A DNA stretch of 64,000 nucleotides, from positions 15,857 through 79,856 of the forward strand of contig MHFR01000053.1 of NCBI GenBank assembly GCA_001804285.1, read 5' to 3'. The position numbers were made by a program, and so were the translations under genes. The DNA comes from Candidatus Danuiimicrobium aquiferis. Its GTDB lineage: Bacteria; Omnitrophota; Omnitrophia; Omnitrophales; Danuiimicrobiaceae. The number at the start of each line of letters is the position of its first letter. Position 1 is the first letter of the stretch. This document shows, one piece after another, positions 61,701-64,000 of the stretch. The notes under the pieces are model-generated. The model was not told the DNA's origin. It did no database searches and saw only the letters and a program-made list of their open reading frames with translations.

Positions 61701-64000
61701 AAAACGGGCCTTGCGGCACAGCCGGAAGGAGATGGAAAGCCATGGCAAGAAGAAAACCGATCAAAAGAATGCCGGAAGCAATCGAAATCGCAAGATAAAT
61801 CCCGCCGATCACATTGGCTGTTTTGTATACTGCAACACCGATTCTCGTATTCCAAAAATTGTCAATATACGTCCGAATGCTTTCGAGGATAGACGGCGGC
61901 GCGCGTGATTCTGAAATACCCGGTTCTTCTTTCAGATATCTTCTGAAATCAGCATCAAGACGGGCTTGTGCTTCCTGAGTTTCAACGTTCAACTGTTGGA
62001 ATGCCGCATCGAATACTTTTTGAAATTTTTTTCGCTCAAAAGCCGCGGATAATTTTTGATGTTCGTCTAAAAGATAAGCAACGTCCGCTTCTCTGCCGCG
62101 CAGAAAGGCAAGTTGATATAATTGTTTTAATGTTTTTAAATTAATTCCTGCAAAATTCAGATCTTCGGCCCTCGCAAAAAACTGCGAGGACACTTGCGCG
62201 TTTCGATCAATCAAAACGGGGACAGGTTCTTGTTTCGCTAACGCAGAACCTGTCCCCGTTTTTGGCGCAATGTCGCGCTCTTCGGCGTTTTTCTTGGCAA
62301 CTCCAAGCAGATGGCGATAAAAATCGACATTTCGTTTAATTGCCGTTTCAACATTATTTCCATGTTCGCTTAAAATATCATTGAGACGATCAAGATTCCC
62401 GAAAAATTGATCCGAAAACCGGTAAGCGCTAAAACTTGCCTGTTCAATCTCACCGTCAAGCAATTCTTCTTCGGATGACGGCAAAAATTGAATGTTGTAT
62501 TTTTTCCCGCCGCGGGATTCGATAAACCAAGTATTCATCAAAGCAGACCGGGCCAACGGGTCCAGCATATCAACACCAGGCATATTGACTTTAACACCCG
62601 CCTTCCGGAGGGATTCAAACAGATTCGTTTTAAGTCCGGCGAGTTGTTCTTTCTTTATATCTGTTATATCGCCCGGCAGGTGAATTCTGACATCAATGTC
62701 ATCCACCAAATCCCAATTTGGCGTCCCGTCCGGTGTCAAAGTGTAACTCATCGAACCAACAATCGATAAAATCGGAACATAGCCAAACACTTTTCTTGAA
62801 TGATTTTCCAAAACCGAGACTAAATCTACATTCTCCGCACCGAATTTATCCGCCGTCAAAACGAAATTCGTTTTGACGCGGTTTTGATGAAATACTTCTT
62901 TCGTTTCCGGATCAACCAGCAATACAGGCAATGTTTCCGCTCGCACTTCCGCCCTCGATACTTTTGTCATTGCGAGACGCGATCCAAGCTCTGTCGAAAC
63001 AATCTTTATATCTGGAATTGCCGCGGCACCGATTTGTACATTGCCTCGCAATGACACGCTCCGCGCCTCAGACCGGCCAAATGCCTGTTTATAATGAAAA
63101 TCTAAAAGCTCTTTGAATTGAGCCACCCACGGCTCTTGTGACTTTCCGTAGATTTCGAAAAATAGCGTTGAAATCCTGCTTCGATTTTCCATCTCTGCTT
63201 GACGGCTGGTTAAATCATCCAAAACCGACTGAATTTCACCATACAATCTTTGCCATTTCCTTTCATCTCCGGCATGAACCGCCGAGATAAAATTTAAAAT
63301 TCCCACCGCCAATTTTCGTTGTTTCGCGGACCGGCCCATTCCGCGACGGTCTTTGATTGTGAGTCCTTCTATCTTTCCATTGGATTCCGTAATCTGTTCC
63401 GATGTCACTTCCGAAAGACTCCTTCGAGTCATCAGATTGAGGACCTCAAACAAAACCGTTTCGACCCGATTTCTCAAAGCCGCTCGGATCGATTTCCTGA
63501 CGAACGGAGCAAATAAGGAATCCTGCAGACCTGTCTCATCAGCAGGCATGACGGCCATTCGCGTCGGAAATAATCGAACTTGAATAGCCCGCAGAAGGTT
63601 TGTGTCATTTTCGTAGATGCCCGAGTCACTCAGAATTTTCAGAACTTCATCATGTATTTTGGGGGAAAATCGCGAAACACTGAGACCCTTATCGGTCAAA
63701 AAATTAAACGAATCTCTCACGGCAACACGATCTACATGATATAAATGACTTTCTCGAATCTTGGAAACCACTCCTTGAATTTTCGCTTCCACCTGCTCGC
63801 TCAATACGAACGGCCGGGAAGGAACCGGCAAACTATCGAGATGCGCTTCTATCGATTTCATGACATGCCACTTGATCACGTCAAGCGACTCATTCCAATA
63901 ATCTGCATAACGAGGGAAATACTTCCAAAATAAAAAGGCAGCTGAAAAACTGAATCCGGCTATTGCCAAAATCAAAATGTTCGTAACTTCGACCATGATA
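55765..64000 (-). CDS. Third giant multi-module putative polyprotein (5' end beyond the window; >2,743 aa)
   Basis: The frame stays open to the window edge (ATC precedes the ATG at 63996). 8 R[SA]E[AV]R motifs. C-terminal domain clearly homologous to ORF2 (LNPNIQFEFVS / LNSNIRFEFIS; LLSK); ends ...AMKRAA. Confidence 0.9.
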   Translation of the reverse strand, partial: IMVEVTNILILAIAGFSFSAAFLFWKYFPRYADYWNESLDVIKWHVMKSIEAHLDSLPVPSRPFVLSEQVEAKIQGVVSKIRESHLYHVDRVAVRDSFNFLTDKGLSVSRFSPKIHDEVLKILSDSGIYENDTNLLRAIQVRLFPTRMAVMPADETGLQDSLFAPFVRKSIRAALRNRVETVLFEVLNLMTRRSLSEVTSEQITESNGKIEGLTIKDRRGMGRSAKQRKLAVGILNFISAVHAGDERKWQRLYGEIQSVLDDLTSRQAEMENRSRISTLFFEIYGKSQEPWVAQFKELLDFHYKQAFGRSEARSVSLRGNVQIGAAAIPDIKIVSTELGSRLAMTKVSRAEVRAETLPVLLVDPETKEVFHQNRVKTNFVLTADKFGAENVDLVSVLENHSRKVFGYVPILSIVGSMSYTLTPDGTPNWDLVDDIDVRIHLPGDITDIKKEQLAGLKTNLFESLRKAGVKVNMPGVDMLDPLARSALMNTWFIESRGGKKYNIQFLPSSEEELLDGEIEQASFSAYRFSDQFFGNLDRLNDILSEHGNNVETAIKRNVDFYRHLLGVAKKNAEERDIAPKTGTGSALAKQEPVPVLIDRNAQVSSQFFARAEDLNFAGINLKTLKQLYQLAFLRGREADVAYLLDEHQKLSAAFERKKFQKVFDAAFQQLNVETQEAQARLDADFRRYLKEEPGISESRAPPSILESIRTYIDNFWNTRIGVAVYKTANVIGGIYLAISIASGILLIGFLLAMAFHLLPAVPQGPFLGPTTTQEIRIDQNEKDVFVGVQARVSLLQNLTFEGHQQALAAGENFTKTLDIFLTEQRNIPEAVKTAYQAVKGVAILPAGVLPDKVPGTIDLETGIVYLNQHYVDQEGPQTDFGKAIRAIDVISHEGEHYREYLNGIQLITPDGQYDFETHVAAEIRVYERITIPLMNTFGVRAFDRAGMNEVKGNIAKAKRGDLAAQRWITGQEMQVPASRETGALRSEVRVKKGTAPFQGAVPFYIENVRTFFKQSRAARFFLGFAPVFIFGMGLLQYIFAKVHESQSNMAISTQEYRIDINEGPAVPGEFAIAPAGYFRLGTEGDKLPTGYLKRNGEVLRKLNPSFNQPGRAEAIFGTLKTGEIFIERVRAFLETIPEGQVEDAVQLGPIVVENGQVLDLSKLFLGGSGRRVVIGIDDAGNLVKTEIYGFDFWGATGPSMERLRAKLEEWVRDNKVKTAVSTDGGTVFVEGRAPLGIGETPINTIVASPKKRAEVRVFAGLAFIAGAALTAFGVQQSLQAQKQRGRWMRAFQRKIGKTFIYSGLATSAVSGATAIYPETANEIWNQFVQFDLMGRILRANIEKTFLIAFSATLVFYGFLKIKFPRFFQRRAQFFLTFVLGQMVGVAAMLAGQFLLLHEKLTQPAPQGRTPAADVRPDAKTGTDTEFSSERKNSVSVPVSPVSQTKFQMLTEAELNEALDLKIDVNAPLNERVATAQRIIHAVVQLTDQKSPDEYKIRVEQILLRIGYVESKGFTRDEQIPRRRGGPSAAVTYMGVETFPFSATAEWVIDRGLKDKNMNPALIRISQKSAKNLKKLRKNSKDLRLALKANHAFGFALGRGVLKYKTEKEIPSGYAEQIAYWFKFYNGGKIETRNVKEENFQEIIKLARKQIGRQFPMLSAVREIPTFENMSQEEMQELMDAIWSLDEINEFIQDQPVWGSATTKTGTGSELTKQKPAPVLNNRGAQVSSQLRQEPNDTVVRAEARSPEPGKRLTPEEKKFKTLTTAAGKVGRQIGAIRNTIMSNVFGELFSFDINDTLVTPLFPDYIGEPEKNRLSVVFSHFFAAFLQNGKGRYWLQTADVNLISIIEELEKILSNMRDRIQREGDLPSLGLTKAIDLLDSKKRELSTQIRRLKKEARIGTPNLPDEKIPAIYEELIKRLKAKGEERVIPKLKKDRTEIKETDMDLTDLSPISGARFLLSQYRKPSVTGKLVMGQETEDKLTREQQRLWDQVRVILALNNRYLETGENTLRLHAVIDKRWKKLTAEQQVERHNERVRGDFKTIEMTIAELNILEDHQAKTMDFDFSQTTFEELLNKTKLIHDAITKRKKLMEDLDKALVGVNGELDRFENLANPLPAEEVTAPNKSVPQSDKGNAGRSEARNLENSSVIPAKAGIQLDPHFRGDDTNFRAEVRGEIIDAKTILDDFRNLSGAENILYSGRRIVIVGPDGEPFGYRDYPELGQERLINQDGLPDETVKYVLFYTDTEKYSQAFSRLISNIYGGKTIIVQMDEVRFKTDGSPENPDLWGKVKEEIKRIGEENEMSMAFDLDSQPLSPMARRVLEISKGAMFSISVSGIGWKARDIPRPQLQPVTKSVKEQRPLSVAGRAEARNLELKKGTGIVQQSKQLPVPFFDLAEMVWPTQTARVDSVNLAKQLQDARTSGLMAMDINEMIQEWINQALDEAEKQANAAVPSLTGRLLNLKPQDVTEESVTKMIEEEYARQNIPVGLVRPALRPQMSKIMRILRPVPFPEVPGSDFQKPEPGTSGNGTGVEALQADLARMTTESVRHAREMIKAMIGIDHPVKIQINMLDELKGLEGAELSENIRRLAEFARNFAVLNPNIQFEFVSAGTQGLKIDSTIRREIGKLQKQGVIRNGQFTFPSVPSANYDAVITGNTVAARPEKAITLATTLADGKTRLRFGTSGVHLGGLLAAAVVLLSKQEIAGLRKLDDQAFHAENAQTFNILAETLNWVLAQAAEEAMKRAA
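56414..56487. repeat. In-frame long palindrome inside the C-terminal domain of ORF3
   Basis: cggtaccgtttccggaagtgccgggttctg ... cagaacctggcacttccggaaacggtaccg. No equivalent is visible in the ORF2 C-terminal domain. Confidence 0.8.
59100..59600 (-). other. Domain in ORF3: possible lysozyme/transglycosylase-like fold following transmembrane helices
   Basis: ILLRIGYVESKG (helix-ES) ... MGVE ... IAYWFKFYNGG. Confidence 0.4.
60247..61032 (-). other. Module in ORF3: TM helix plus phosphodiester glycosidase (NAGPA/DUF2233)-like domain
   Basis: AGYF...PTG, DAVQLGPIVVENG, RRVVIGIDDAGNLV, GPSM..L, AVSTDGG. Confidence 0.65.
61048..61900 (-). other. Module in ORF3: TM anchor plus HExxH peptidase-like domain
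   Basis: Long hydrophobic segment, GIVYLN, VISHEGEH (HEGEH at 61312-61326), AEIRVY. Confidence 0.55.
62280..62930 (-). other. Domain in ORF3: nucleotidyltransferase (pol beta superfamily)-like
   Basis: LSIVGSMSY ... DDIDVRIHL (hGS...DxD pattern). Confidence 0.55.

Noticed and set aside
2411-62263. CRISPR array formed by the recurring palindromes
   Set aside because: Copies are dispersed kilobases apart, in frame and variable. There is no regular repeat-spacer period and no cas genes.
2503-63075. RxExR as a DNA recombination site (attC-like) or intein boundary
   Set aside because: Synonymous codons vary across copies, and I saw no integrase and no Hint or C-terminal His-Asn intein signatures. 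A recombination role for the adjacent linker DNA is not excluded.
84-63933. The many short ORFs (60-240 aa) in the ORF track overlapping the giant genes and aguA
   Set aside because: They are antisense or alternative-frame shadows of long ORFs, with no recognisable motifs; several just translate the palindromic repeats.
63994-63996. ATG at 63996 as the true start of ORF3
   Set aside because: The frame is open to the window edge, and the signal peptide plus conserved N-terminal domain seen in the paralogues is missing, so the start probably lies outside the window.
1-64000. tRNA, rRNA, transposase or integrase genes
   Set aside because: None recognised. Non-coding space is limited to a few short gaps already explained by promoters and hairpins.

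Overview
Almost the whole window is three tandem giant minus-strand genes: 13,117 aa (1495-40848), ~4,766 aa (41304-55604) and a >2,743 aa gene cut off by the right edge. Downstream lie an agmatine deiminase and the first 13 codons of a probable pseudouridine synthase. The giant proteins are not NRPS/PKS or repeat adhesins; they look like polyproteins. The two complete ones start with a signal peptide and a shared ~800-900 aa N-terminal domain carrying a QDAH/LEG/RD/GGFH motif order reminiscent of TIKI/TraB-EreA-ChaN proteases. All three end in a related C-terminal segment finishing in Ala-Ala. Between these ends is a string of unrelated cargo modules: methyltransferases, HExxH peptidases, cNMP-binding, sigma70-like, shikimate dehydrogenase-like, SF1 helicase, RelE-like, PD-(D/E)xK nuclease, GGDEF, kinase, nucleotidyltransferase, NAGPA-like and lysozyme-like. 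The modules are separated by about 46 copies (manual count) of a codon-variable R-[S/A]-E-[A/V/T/S/M]-R pentapeptide. Several modules begin with an internal Tat or lipoprotein signal shortly after the motif, which suggests proteolytic release. Linkers and loops hold many in-frame palindromic REP/MITE-like elements. The two complete giant genes share an identical promoter layout. All domain calls are from motifs read by eye; no searches were run. The giant-gene style resembles Omnitrophota-type genomes (inference only).
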